Positions 35,766 through 48,700 of a stretch of DNA of 64,000 bases are shown here, piece after piece. Position 1 is the first letter of the stretch. Each line of letters begins with the position of its first letter. Origin of the DNA: Squalus acanthias (Eukaryota); contig CM059432.1 in NCBI GenBank assembly GCA_030390025.1, positions 2,480,001 through 2,544,000 of the forward strand, read 5' to 3'. Under the pieces are notes generated by a model, which worked only from the letters and a program-made list of their open reading frames with translations, did not search any database and was not told the origin of the DNA. A program made the position numbers and the translations under genes.

Positions 35766-36959
35766 TTAAGAACACACAAAGTAGGAATGTAAACAATTTA
35801 AATTTTAACACAATTATACTCTCTGGTACAAGATAAAATCTTTTTAATAAATGCTGGAGTTTACACTCCATAACAGTGATAATCAATATGCTCTATAAAC
35901 ATTTAGTGCAAAATATGCTTTAAATGCAGTTCTATAAGTATTGCAATTTGTCTTACAATTTCTACTGTCATCTTAATGCATTGTGCATCGTTAGAGAAGG
36001 AAAATCTACTTCAGGGTTTAAAAGCTAAGTATGAATCAAATAAACTAAAAGCCTTGTCATCAAAGGAGCAAAACCGATACCTATATCTTTTCAAATAAAT
36101 ATATTGTAGATTTTATGGATTTTTATTTCCATAAGTAAGTCTAACCATTACTCACTCTGGAACCGTGCTGTGCTTGAGTTCCATAACTCACTCTGTGCTT
36201 GAATTACAGAGCCAGTCTGTGGTGGCCATGCCTACATGGCACACTGTCGAGCAACCTCCTTTCTCCTCTGGTTCACAGCAGCACGTTTCGAGTAAGCGCG
36301 AGACTTCGTAGTGGAGTATACGGAACAGAATTCATTGATGTGTACCATCTACAAGATGCACTGCAGCAACTCGCCAAGGCTTCTTCAGCAGCACCTCCCA
36401 AACCCGCGACCTCTTCCACCTAGAAGGACAAGGGCAGCAGGCGCATGGGAACACCACCACCTCCAAGTTCCCCTCCAAGTCACACACACCATCCCGACTT
36501 GGAAATATATCGGCCGATCCTTCATCGTCGCTGGGTCAAAATCCTGGAACTCCCTCCCTAACAGCACTGTGGGAGTACCTTCTGCAGCGCTTCAAGGAGG
36601 CGGCTCACCACCACCTTCTCGAGAGGCAACTAAGGATGGGCAATAAATGCTGGCCTTGCCAGCGACACCCACATCCCAGGAATGAATAAAAAAAATATAC
36701 ACAGTAAAGTTGATCAGTCTTAACTGGATACAGAGAGTGACTTTACCGGTTTCTTTATCTTTCAAGCACACTCTGAGATACTGTAGAAAACCGTGCTCCT
36801 TTATACACCACATTCTGACTACATCAAAGGAAAATGTCAAAATGACGTATCTATTCCCCAAATCCTCTGGAAACAGACTATCTATGTAAACAGTTTGCAA
36901 TTGTTTACCTCAGAATCATTTCCCTTAACAAGACTCCCTTTATCTACTGTTTATCAGCC

Positions 36960-37095
36960 AGTTCTGACGAAGGATCATCGACCTGAAACGTTAACTCTCT
37001 CTCTCTCTCTCCACAGAGGCTGCCTGACCTGCCGAGTGTTTCCAGCATTTTCTGTTTTTATCTCAGATTTCCAGCATCCGCAGTATTTTGCTTTT
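36960..37095 (+). repeat. Penelope-like repeat with minimal hammerhead motif (36960-36996)
   Basis: agtt-CTGACGA-a-ggatc atc gacct-GAAA-cg-tt-aact; stem II has one mismatch. Confidence 0.6.
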
Positions 37096-37404
37096 TGTGC
37101 CTTTATCTGCTGTTATCTTTAGCAAAAGGGCTCGTTGCCCCTGCTTTAGTGCCCTAAAACTAAACATGAACTATTCATGGGTGACGTCACTACTAACACT
37201 CATTCCCTTACACAAGCACTTTACATTTCGGTAAACAAGCCATGCTTTCTCCTCACCACACCTCAATGTCATCCTGTTTATATCAGAAAGCCTGAAACAT
37301 AGAAACTAGGAGCAGGAGTAGGCCATTCGGCCCGTCGAGCCTGCTCCACCATTCAATACGATCATGGCTGATCATCCAAATCCAGTACCCTGTCCCTGCT
37401 TTCC

Positions 37405-37690
37405 TCACACAGAATCCCCATCGAGCCTGCACCGACACATATCCCACCCTATCCCCGTAACCCCACATATTTAATCCCCCCCTAACACTAAGGGTCAATT
37501 TATCATAGCCAAATCAACCTAACCCGCACATCTTTGGACTGTGGGAGGAAACCGGAGCACCCGGAGGAAACCCACGCAGACACAGGGAGAATGTGCAAAC
37601 TCCACACAGACAGTCACCCGAGGCCAGATTCGAACCCGGGTCCCTGGCGCTGTGAGGTACCAGTGCTAACCACTATGCCACCGTGTTGCC
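37405..37690 (-). mobile_element. HE1-type V-SINE
   Basis: tRNA head (ggcatagtggttagcac...gggttcgaatc) plus V-domain (gtgtggagtttgcacattctcc..gtgggtttcctccgggtgctccggtttcctcccac). Confidence 0.85.
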
Positions 37691-38158
37691 TGACAATGCA
37701 TTCCTTTTACCACACTTCCAGGACAACCTGCTTAACAAAGAAGTTCGACTGCTAAATGTTTAGCTCCCCAAGATGTCCAACATACATCTCTCCGGGACGT
37801 CTAACACCCACACAAACCCATTCACTGCTCTGTAACACCTACCAAACAATTTTGAAACAAATAAATGACCATTAGACCCATCAGTGTAACAATGTGGACG
37901 GTGGCTCATAAAGACACACATGCACTGCAAATGTATTTTTCAGCAAGTAAAATTTGCATTTCGCAAAGTATTCAGACAGAGCGTAAGAACATAAGAAATA
38001 GGAGCAGGAGTCGGCCATTCGGCCCCTCGAGCCTGCTCCGCCACTCCAGAAGATCATGGCTGATCATCGACCTCAACTCCACTTTCCCGCCCGATCCCCA
38101 TATCCCTCGATTCCCCGAGAGTCCAAAAATCTATCGATCTCTGTCTTGAATATACTCA

Positions 38159-38393
38159 TGATGTGGAGATGCCGGCGTTGGACTGGGGTGGACAAAAATG
38201 AGAAGTCGCACAACACCAGGTTATAGTCCAACAGATTTATTTAATTTTACAAGCTTTCGGAGCAGTTCGCTCCTTCGTCAGGTAAGTTTAGCAGTGAGAG
38301 AATCTCCCAGAATTCACAATTTAAACACAGACAAAATATATTCAAATCTTTCCCTACATCAAAGAGCATAGCCAAGACATACTCAAATATACT
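38159..38393 (-). mobile_element. Penelope-like short insertion within a CR1 fragment (37985-38610)
   Basis: 13-bp direct repeat ttgaatatactca at 38146-38158 and 38394-38406; contains a hammerhead motif followed by AATAAA on the minus strand. Confidence 0.7.
38247..38285 (-). ncRNA. Minimal type I hammerhead ribozyme motif
   Basis: UUAC-CUGACGA-A-GGAGC(gaacu)GCUCC-GAAA-GC-UU-GUAA: intact core, perfect 5-bp stem II, 4-bp stem I, palindromic AGCU at stem III. Confidence 0.7.
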
Positions 38394-38736
38394 TTGAATA
38401 TACTCAAAGACTCAAAGACTCAGCATCTACAACCCTCTGGAGCAGAGAATTCCAAAGATTCACCACCCTCTGAGTGAAGACATTTCTCCTCATCTCAGTC
38501 CTAAATGACCAACCCATTATCCTGAGACTCTGACCCCTGGTTCTACCCTGTCAATCCCTGTAAGAATTTTGTATGTTTCAATGAGATCACCTCTCATTCT
38601 CCTAAACTCTAGCAGTGACGATTTTAAACAAATTTTATTTAAGCGATGGAATGAAAATCCAGAGGAAGAATTGAGCTCCGGAGAAATTAAGTAAAACGCC
38701 TTTTATTACAAAACAATATAAACTTACATTTATATA

Positions 38737-39235
38737 ACAACAACAACTTGTATTTACATAGCACCTTTACCGTAGTAAAACGTCCCAAGGCGCTTCACAG
38801 GTGTGTAATCAGACAAAAATTGACACCGAGCCACATAAGGAGATATTAGGACAGGAAGTTTGGTCAAAGAGGTCGGTTTTAAGGAGTATCTTAAAGGAGG
38901 AAAGAGAGGAAGAGAGGCGGAGCGGTTTAGGCAGGGAATTCCAGAGCTTAGGGCCCAGGCAGCTGAAGGCACAGCCGACAATGGCAAAGCGACAGAAATC
39001 AGGGATGCTCAAGAGGCCAGAATTGGAGGAGCGCAGAGATCTCGGGGGGTTGTGGGGCTGGAGGAGGTTACAGAGCTAGGGAGGGGCGGCGAGGCCATGG
39101 AGGGATTTGAAAACAAGGATGAGAATTTTAAAATTGAGGCGTTGCTTAACCGAGAGCCAACGTGGGTCAGCGAGCACAGGGGTGATGGGTGAACGGGACT
39201 TGGTGCGAGTTAGGATAATGAGCAGCCGAGTTTTG
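38737..39235 (-). mobile_element. L2 3' fragment
   Basis: Same family as the other L2 tails; (AAC)n end. Confidence 0.8.
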
Positions 39236-39489
39236 GAATAGTGCCTTTAACGTAGTAAAGCGTCCCAAGGTGCTTCACAGGAGCGTTATCAGGTGTAGCG
39301 TTATGTGACTGGGTTAATCCTCCAGAAAAAGTGAGTTCAAATCCCACCATGGCAGTTTGAGACATTGAATTAGGGAACATAGGAACACAGGAAAGGAGGA
39401 GGCCACTCGAGCCTGTTCCGCCATTCGATGAGATCGTGGCTGATCTGCGACCTAACTCCATATACCCGCCTTTGGCCCATTGGGCATAG

Positions 39490-40800
39490 ATGGTTAAGGG
39501 GAGATTTTATAGAGGTGTTCATAAATTATGAAGGATTTTGATGGAGTAGATGGGGAGAAACTGTTTCCAATGGCAGGAGGGTCAGTAACCAGTGGACACA
39601 GATTTAAGGTGATTGGCAAAAGAACCAGAAACAACATGAGGAATCACTTCTTTACGCAGCGAGTTGTTGTGATCTGGAATGTGCTGCAAGAGTGCAATCA
39701 GAAAAGCAAATTGATTGCCCCCGGTGCATTTGTGAAGCACTGTTGTGCAGCAATGCTATCATCTCACCGATATCATCCTAATTTGGTACTTTTGGCAATT
39801 ACATTAAATCTGTGTCCTCTAGTTACCGACCCTCCTGCCAATGGAAACAGTTCCTCCCTATCTACTCCATCAAAACCCTTCACAATGTAGAACAGCTCAA
39901 TTAACTCTTCCCTTAACCTTCCCTGCTCTAAGGAGAACAACCTCAGTTTCTCTACTCTCTCCACGTAACTGAAGTCTTTCATCCCTGGTAGCCCTCCAGT
40001 AAACCTCCTCCGCTCCCTCTCCAAGGCCTCGACAGGACAGCCTTCTGAAGGTGCGGTGCCCACAATAGAAGCATAGAAGATAGGAGCAGGAGTAGGCCAT
40101 TCGGCCCCTCGAGCCTGCTCCGCCATTTAATGAGATCATGGCTGATCATCCAAATTCAGTACCCTGTCCCTGCTTTCTCCCCATATCCCTTGATCCCTTT
40201 AGCCTTAAGAAATATATCTAACTCCTTCTTGAATATATTTAATGAATTGGCCTCAACTGCCTTGTGTGGTAGAGAATTCCACAGGTTCACCACTCTCTGG
40301 GTGAAGAAATTCCTCCTCATCTTAGTCCTAAATGGCTTACCCCTTATCCTTAGACTGTGACCCCTGGTTCTGGACTCCCCCGCCATCGGGAACATCCTTC
40401 CTGCATCTAGTCTGTCTAGTCCTGTTAGAATTTTATAAGTTTCAATGAGATCCCCTCTCATTCTTCTAAACTCTAGCGAATATAAGCCTAATCGACCCAA
40501 TCTCTCTTCATACGTCATTCCTGCCATCCCAGGTATCAGTCTGGTGAATCTTCGCTGCACTCTCTCCATGGTAAGAACATCCTTCCTCAGATAAGGCGAC
40601 CAAAACTGCACACAATTGGACGCAATACTCCAGCTGAGGCCGAACCAGTGTTTGATAAAGGTTCAGCATGACTCTCCTTTGCTTTTGTACTCTCGGCCTC
40701 TATTAAGACACCCAAGGATCCCATTGTTATTTTAACATCCTTCTCAACCTGTCCTGCCACCTTCAAAGACTTGTGTACGTACAGCCCTGATCTCTCTGTT
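39490..40800. mobile_element. Nested CR1 fragments (including 40067-40615 on minus)
   Basis: ORF 40156-40611 is nearly identical to 21887-22345. Confidence 0.82.
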
Positions 40801-40921
40801 CCTGCACCCCATTTTTATCATTTACCAAATGCAAACACGTGAACCTTATTGCTTCCTTTTACCGGAATGTGCCAGAAGAAAAAAACAGGCCCAAGCTGTT
40901 TCATGCTTGAAGATTTACAAG

Positions 40922-42629
40922 GATACATAGATACATAGATACATAGATACATAGAAGATAGGAGCAGGAGTAGGCCATCCGGCCCTTCGAGCCTGCTCCG
41001 CCATTTAATGAGATCATGGCTGATGCTCCAATTCAGTATCCCGTCCCCGCCTTCTCTCCGTAACCCTTAACCCCTTTTGCCTGTAGAAATATATCTAATT
41101 CCCTCTTAAATATATTTAATGAGCTGGCGTACACTGCCCTCTGTGGCAATGAGTTCCACAGGTTCACCACCCTCTGAGTGAAGAAATTCCCCCTCATTTC
41201 TGTCCTAAATGGTTTAGCCCTTATCCTTAAATTATGTCCTCTAGTTCTGTTCTCACCCGCCAAGGGAAACATTCCTTCTGCATCTAGTCTGTCTAGACCT
41301 GTCAGAATTTTATACACTTCTATGAGGTCCCCTCTCAATCTTCTAAACTCCAGTGTGTACATCCCTAAACTACATAGTCTCTCCTCATAGGTCAATCCCG
41401 CCATTCCTGGTATCAGCCTGGTGAATCGCCGCTGCACCCCCTCCATGGCAAGAACATCTTTCCTCAGATGAGGCGACCAAAACTGTACACAGTACTCGAG
41501 GTGTGGTCTCACCAGTGCCCTGTACAGCTGCAGCAAGGTATCCCTGTTCCTGTATTCCAACCCTTTTGCTATGAAGGCCAGCATACCGTTTGCCTTCTTG
41601 ACCGCCTGTTGCACCTGCATGCTCGCCTTCAGTGACTGGTGTACAAGAACACCCAGGTCTCTCTGTACTTCCCCCTCTCCCAATTTATTGCCATTTAAAT
41701 AATAATTTGCCCTCCCGTTCCTGCACCCAAGGTGGATAACTTCGCACTTGTCCACATTATAGTGCATCTGCCATTTATCCGCCCAATCACCCAGTCTGTC
41801 CAAATCGCTCTGGAGCTTCCTGGTCTCCTCCTCTGAGCCCACCCCCCCCTCCTAGTTTAGTATCGTCTGCAAATTTGGAAATGCTGCATCCGACTCCCTG
41901 ATCCAGGTCATTAATGTAAATTGTGAACAGCTGGGGACCCAGGACAGATCCCTGCGGTACCCCACTTGTTACTGCCTGCCATTCAGAAAATGAGCCGTTT
42001 ATTCCAACTCTCTGTTTTCTATCTGACAGCCAGTTCTCTATCCACATCAATACTTTCCCCTTTATCCCATGAGCTTCAATTTTCCATGCTAATCTTTTAT
42101 GTGGGACCTTGTCGAAGGCCTTTTGGAAGTCCAGGTACACCACATCTACTGGCTCTCCCCCATCTATTTTACCAGTTACTCCCTCAAAAAATTCCAATAG
42201 ATTAGTCAAGCACGATTTACCCTTTGTAAATCCATGTTGACTCTGTCCTATCCTGTCCCCATTTGCTAAGTGCTCCGCTATTTCATCCTTAATGATGGAC
42301 TCCAGCATTTTGCCCACAACTGATGTAAGGCTTACAGGTCTGTAATTACCTGCTTTTTCCCTACCCCCCTTTTTGAATAGTGGGGTAACGTTAGCTACCC
42401 TCCAATCCATGGGCACTGTTCCCGAGTCTAATGAATTCTGAAAAATCATACTTAGTGCATCCGCTATCTCTAGGGCCACCTCCTTCAGTACCCTAGGATG
42501 CATGTTATCAGGCCCTGGGGATTTGTCCGCCTTCAATCCCTTTAGCTTCCTTAACACCATATCCTTAGAGATATTAATTTGCGTCAGTTCCTCCTTTGCC
42601 AATGTCCCTATTTTTCCCGATATCCCAGG
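40922..42629 (-). mobile_element. Young CR1 copy, near-identical to about 24118-25810, with one frameshift
   Basis: ORFs 41787-42602 and 41033-41842 match the 773-aa ORF; G-run of 8 versus 7 near 41842-41849; same 8-bp tail repeat. Confidence 0.92.
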
Positions 42630-44108
42630 AATGCAAGGGTATATGACATAAGAAAACTACTAGGCACTTGGTCTAAGCGTTAAACAAAGCTTTAAACAAC
42701 TGTTTTTCAACATGGAGATCTAGTTGTGTCCTTCACTAGTTCCTGTTAAAGAATGTCCTGAGCAAGCTGGGCCCATGCCTGAGTATTTATACTCTCCCTG
42801 GACAGCGCCACCAGCAGGCCGCCCAGTATTATTTCATAAGTCATTTTCCATGAATGACAAGATTCATGTCAGTATACATATCAGGAAAGGATGAACAGGC
42901 TGGGTCTCTTTTCTCCTGAGGGGTGACCTAATAGAGGTCTTCAAAATCATGAAAGGTTTTGATAGAGTGGATACAGAGAGAATGCTTCCACTTGTGGGGA
43001 AGAGCAAAACTAGGGGCCATCAATATAAGATAGTCACCAAGAAATCAAATGGGGAATTCAGGAGAAACTTCTTTACCCAGAGCGTGGTGAGAATGTGGAA
43101 CTCGCTACCACAGGGAGTGGTTGAGGCGAATAGTATAGATGCATTTAAGGGGAGGCTGGACAAGCATATGAGGGAGAAGGGAATCGAGGGTTACGCTGAT
43201 AGATTTAGATGAGGAAAGACGGGAGGAGGCTCGAGTGGAGCATAAACGCCGGCATGGACTGGTTGAGCCGAATGGCCTGTTTCTGTGCCGTATATTCTGT
43301 GTAATGCCCACTTTACTAAAAATGTTCTAAGTAAGGTGAGAGTGCGTTTAGAAATGAGCGATAGACTGTGGCCGGTGATGCTTTTACAAAAGCAAAATAC
43401 TGCGGATGCTGGAAATGCAGAATACAAACCGAAAATGCCGGAGTCATTCAGCAGGTCAGGGAGCCTCTGCGGAGAGAGAAACAGAGTTAACGTGTCCGGT
43501 CGGTGACCTCTCGTCAGAGCTGGCGTTCTTTTACTCTTCGTCATTTCCCCATTTTGTTATCCCACTTGAAGGGCAAACAGATGAGCCCCGCGGCCAGGGG
43601 TCGCCAGTCCCCCAGGACTGCCCTGGATTCTCCAGCAATTGAAGATCGACCTCCGGGAATGTGGTGTGAGCAAAAAACCCGGGAGAAAAGTCATCGGGGC
43701 TTTAATAAAAATTGTGCGTTTGTTTTCATTTCCCTTTGAACACCTTTGCTTATTGTTTATTGTTTAATCGCTCCACCATTGGTGGCCGTGCCTTCAGCTG
43801 CCTGGGCCATAAGCTCTGGAATTCCCTCCCTAAACCTCTCCACCTCTCTCTCCTCCTTTAAGACGCTCCTTAAAACCTACCTCTTTGACCAAGCTTTTGG
43901 TCACCTGCCCTAATTTATCCTTATGTGGCTCGGTGTTAAATTTGTTGTCTTAAAATACTCCTGTGCAGCGCCTTGGAACGTTTTACTACGTTAAAGGCGC
44001 TATATAAATACAAGTTGTTGTCGTTGTTGTTGTCATAAAAATATTGCAGATGGAGGAGGTGAAGGGGCTGTTTGACAGTGAGGGAACTGATAGAGTAAAA
44101 CTGCAGTG

Positions 44109-44562
44109 TCAGCCGTGGCTCAGTGGGTAGCACTCTCTCTTGCCTCTGAGTCAGGAGGTCGTGGGTTCACAGTCCCTCTCCAGAGACTTGAGCACAATAA
44201 ATCTAGGCTGACACTCCCAGTGCAGTACTGAGGGAGTGCTGCATTGTCGGAGGTGCCGTCTTTCGGATGAGACGTTAAACCGAGGCCCCGTCTGCCCCCT
44301 CAGGTGGACGTAAAAGATCCCACGGCCACTATTTCAAAGAAGAGCAGGGGGAGTTATCCCCCGGTGTCCTGGGGCCAATATTTATCCCTCAATCTGGTTA
44401 TTATCACGTTGCTATTTGTGGGAGCTTGCTGTGCGCAAATTGGCTCGCGTTTCCCACATTACAACAGTGACTACGCTCCAAAAAGTACTTCATTGGCTGT
44501 AACTCGCTTTGGGATGTCCGGTGGTCGTGAAAGGCGCCGTAGAAATGCGAGTCTTTCTTTCT
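44109..44562 (+). mobile_element. DeuSINE
   Basis: tRNA head plus Deu-like core plus tail. Confidence 0.8.
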
Positions 44563-44796
44563 TGCAGGAATGAAAGAGCGTGAGCGATGCACAGTATTTG
44601 CGTACAGTCAATATTATCGGTGCTAGTAAATGTCCAGTTACAGCTCCAGGTGTCCCCTGGGTCCTAACTACTGGCTGTGTATTCAAGGCCCAGAGCTATC
44701 TGCCACAGTTAGCAGTTTCTCACAGCACAAAATAATCACAGCAAAATATAAATACACGTGTAATGTATTGATATGTTAAGATCGGGCAGGAGATAT

Positions 44797-44812
44797 TGCC
44801 ACCTAGTGGCCA
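44797..44812 (-). promoter_or_regulatory. Candidate CTCF site
   Basis: Minus strand TGGCCACTAGGTGGCA, a close match to the CTCF core, in unique DNA. Confidence 0.55.
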
Positions 44813-45811
44813 GAAATAAATAATCGAGGGAAGGAAGCGTCAGGACCGGACCGGGTACTACGGAAAAGCTTGTGCAACAATAAAAGCTCTGATGATATTG
44901 AATTACATAGAATATACAGCACAGGAACAGGCCATTCGGCCCAACCGGTCTGTGCCGGTGTCCATAAGAAATAGGAGCAGGAATAGGCCACTTGGCCCCT
45001 CGAGCCTGCTCCGCCATTCAATAAGATCATGGCTGATCTTGGGCTCAAAGCCACTTCCCCGCCCGCTCCCCATAATCCTTCACTCCCTTATCTTGCAAAA
45101 ATCTGTCTATTTCCACCTTAAATGTATTTAATGACCCAGCCTCCACGGCTCTCTGGGGCAGAGAATTCCACAGATTTACAACCCTCTGAGAGAAGAAGTT
45201 CCTCCTCATCTCAGTTCTAAAAGGGCGACCCTTCATTCTGAAACTATGCCCCCGAGTTCTAGATTTCCCCACGAGGGGAAACATCCTCTCTGCATCTACC
45301 TTGTTGTGCCCCCTCAGTATCTTCTATGTTTCAATAAGATCACCTCTCATTCTTCTAAATTCCAGTGAGTATAGGGCCAACTTGCTCAACCTTTCTTCAT
45401 AAGTCAATCCCCCCTCATCTCCGGAATCAATCTAGTGAATTGTCTCTGAACTGCCTCCAATGCAAGTATATCCCTCCTTAAATAAGGGGACCAAAACTGT
45501 ACGCAGTACTCGAGGTGTGGTCTCACCAATACCCTGTACCGTTGTAGCAGTTGTATGCTCCACACGAGCCTCCTCCCACCCCTCTTCATCTAACCCTATC
45601 ACCATATCCTTCTATTCCTTTCTCCCTCATGTGTTTATCTGGCTTCCCCTTAAATGTATCTATACTATTCGCCTCAACCACTCCCTGTGGCAGCGAGTTT
45701 CACATTCTCACCACTCTCTGGGTAAAGAAGTTTCTCCTGAATTCCCGATTGGATTTATTAGTGACTATCTTGTATCTATGGCCCCTAGTTTTGGAGTCCA
45801 TCAGCGAGCAC

Positions 45812-45981
45812 CAATGTACTCTTTAAGCTGCGCGGCCGTGTGGCTACGCAGCGATCTGCAGCTCCCGCGCAGCCGGCTCAACAGCGTTCTAATGGCAGAA
45901 ACCGCGCGTGCGCAGTAATTTGAATGGCCGCGCAGCCCCTTAAAGGGGCCGTGCACCCAAAAACAATTAGAGGGAACATTG
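45812..45981. mobile_element. hAT-type MITE
   Basis: caatgtactctttaa...ttagagggaacattg; TSD gcgagcac/gtgaacac (6/8). Confidence 0.75.
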
Positions 45982-47659
45982 GTGAACACTCTTGTTGCGT
46001 TCATGATTACTCTCTTTCTTTTTATTTTACCCCGAACTGTGATCGGTGCTGGAGTTTTGAAGGTGTTGCCTCTTCCTGCGCTGCAGCTCCACAGGCTTCA
46101 GCGGCATTCTGAAATCTTGGCCAAATGACCATTCTTCATGTGTGACCCTAAGGCTGTGAATGTTGTGAGCCGACTGTTGTCCTCACCCGCCAGACACGAA
46201 CACACGCACATTCCAGTGAGAGCGTAAACTCGTTTCGAAAGAGTTTGAAGTCCCGTTCGTCCCTGTGCTCGCTGACCTACATTAGCCCCCGGCCCGGCAA
46301 TGTCTTGAGTTTAAAATTCTCATCCTCCTTTTCAAATCCCTCCGTGGCCCTCGCCCCCTCCCTATCTCTGTAATCTCCTCCAGCCCCACAACCCCCCGAG
46401 ATCTCTGCGCTCCTCCAATTCTGGCCTGTTGCGCCGCCCCGATTTTCATCGCTCAACCATTGGCGGACATGCTTTCAGCTGCCTGGTCCCCAAGCTCTGG
46501 AATTCCCTCCCTAAGATTAATCTCCTGGACACTGCTGCAACCAAGGCGGGAGAAAAATCATACGGGGTCTTAAAGAGAATTGAGGATTTTTTCATTTTCC
46601 TTTGAACACTTATATTTATTAGTTCTAAAAATATTGGAGATTGAGAAAAAAAGACTTGCACTAAGATTAATACAACTGGCAATAAAGAGTCTGTTCCCTT
46701 TCCAATTGGCCGTGCAATGGCAGTGCCCAGAGGATGGACCAATGGGAGGGTGGGGGCGGGGCTCTGCGAGGTGGGCGGTCATGTGATGAAATCTCCAGGA
46801 ATGCACCCAACCAGAGTTGGCAACTCCAGTCACACCACATGACATTTGTAACTTTGGGGAGAGAGAGAGGAAGGGAGAGAGGAAAAGAGATGGGAAGAGA
46901 GAGGGAGAGAGAGAGAGACACACACACACGGGGCTGGGATGCAATAGCACATTTTGGATATTAAGGGAATCAAGGGATATGGGGACAGTGCAGGAAAGTG
47001 GAGATGAGGTAGAAGATCAGCCATGATCTTATTGAATGGCGGAGCAGGCTCGAAGGGGCCGAATGGCCGACTCCTGCTCCTAGGAATATTAATCGCGTGG
47101 TCTGGAGTTGGGTGGGCAGCGGATTGAGGGAGCAGGAGAAAAGAAGCAGTACATTGACCTTGACCACCAAGCGTGGAACATTAAGAAAAGGGCAAGATAA
47201 AAACAGAGATATGATTACAATGCATCTTTAACAATTTTAATTGTTAAAAAAAGTGTACATAAATTCTGTGCGCACAACCTGTGCAAATATAGTCCCGCAG
47301 GTTCTTGGTAATTCTGGGGAAGGACATTTCCTCATTGATTTTTTATTGTAAGGAACAAGCCATTTTGAGACGTAGGTTGTGACTTTGCATCTTTCGCGTC
47401 ACAAGTGTACCAGGGTACTTTACAAAAGATTAGAGCAGAGAAGTAGGAGAGATGTTACCCGAAGTGGCCAAAGCCGTGGTTGGAGATAAGAGGAGAACCT
47501 CGAGCTGCATTTAGGTGGCGCCTTATCGCGTCCTCAGCACGTCCCACAGTGCTTCATCATCCATCCATTACCTTTTGAAATCCCTCCGTGGCCTTGCTTC
47601 ACTCTGCCCTTGCGGTCGGCGTCCACCGGTTGTAGAAAGCTTCAAGCGTACCATCGGAA

Positions 47660-48265
47660 TCATTGGGCCCCTCGAGCCTGTTCCGCCATTCAATTAGATC
47701 ATGACTGATCTGTATCTTAACTCCATTTAGCTGCCTTGGTTCTATAATACCCTTACCCAAGAAAAATCGATCAATCTCAGTTTTGAAATTTTCAATTGAC
47801 CCCCAGCCTCAACACCTTTTTGGGGGAGAGTGTTCCAGATTTCCACTACCCTTTGTGTGAAGAAGTGCTTCCTGACATCACCCCTGAACGGCCTGGCTCT
47901 AATTTTAAGGCTATTCCCCCTTGATCTGGACTCCCCCCACCAGAGGAAATAGTTTCTATCTACCCTATCGAATCCTTTAATCATCTTAACCGCCTCAATT
48001 AGATCACCCCTTAATCTTCTATACTCGAGGGAGTACGAGCCTAGTCTATGCAACCTGTGCTCATAATTTAACCCTTTTAGCCCCGGTATCATTCTGGTGA
48101 ATCTGCGCTGCTCCCCCTCCGAGGCCGATATATCCTTCCTGAGGTGCGGGGCCCAGAACCAAATGGGGTCTAACCAGAGCTCGGTACAGCTGTAATATAA
48201 CTTCCACCCCTTCGTATTCCAGTACCCTTGAAATAAAAGCCAACATTCTATTAGCCTTTAAATTA
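47660..48265 (-). mobile_element. CR1 3' fragment
   Basis: ORFs 48061-48246 and 47742-48092. Confidence 0.85.
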
Positions 48266-48282
48266 TCTTTTAATTAATCAGT

Positions 48283-48500
48283 ACCAGTGGACATTGTGTG
48301 ATCCCTCTCAGAGTTTGCCCAGGTACGCACAAGACCGTGGAAGAGAAGCAAGCAGTCAGAGTAACTCTTTCCCAGCAGATCCTTCGCATGCTGGATCTGC
48401 TGATGGTGGTTTTAGCCAGACCGCGGGAGCGGACCCAGTCCTCTGATCCGCTCGGCCCTCTGCGTCGCAAGCGGCCGGAGATGAGGAGCTTCCAGTGGCA
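48283..48500 (-). pseudogene. Degraded Tx1/L1-clade LINE ORF2 C-terminal remnant
   Basis: Minus frames give LLISGRLRRRGPSGSED..GLAKTTISRS and SDCLLLFHGLVRTWANSERDHTMSTG, resembling Tx1 ORF2 C-termini as I recall them. Confidence 0.5.
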
Positions 48501-48700
48501 TCAGGTAGGTGAGCGTTGTTGATGACAAGACCGGGTGTGTGGGGTCTGCAGCTTATCTCCGGGTCGAGCAGGACCCCCCACACCTTTGGATTCAGCAGAA
48601 TAAACCAGAGGGGTGGAACGGCACGAGGTGCAAAGGTTTCTCGCGATAACTAACGTTGCGGCTTCTGCCACGCCGAGGTTGAACTGGAGAAAGTTGCGAG

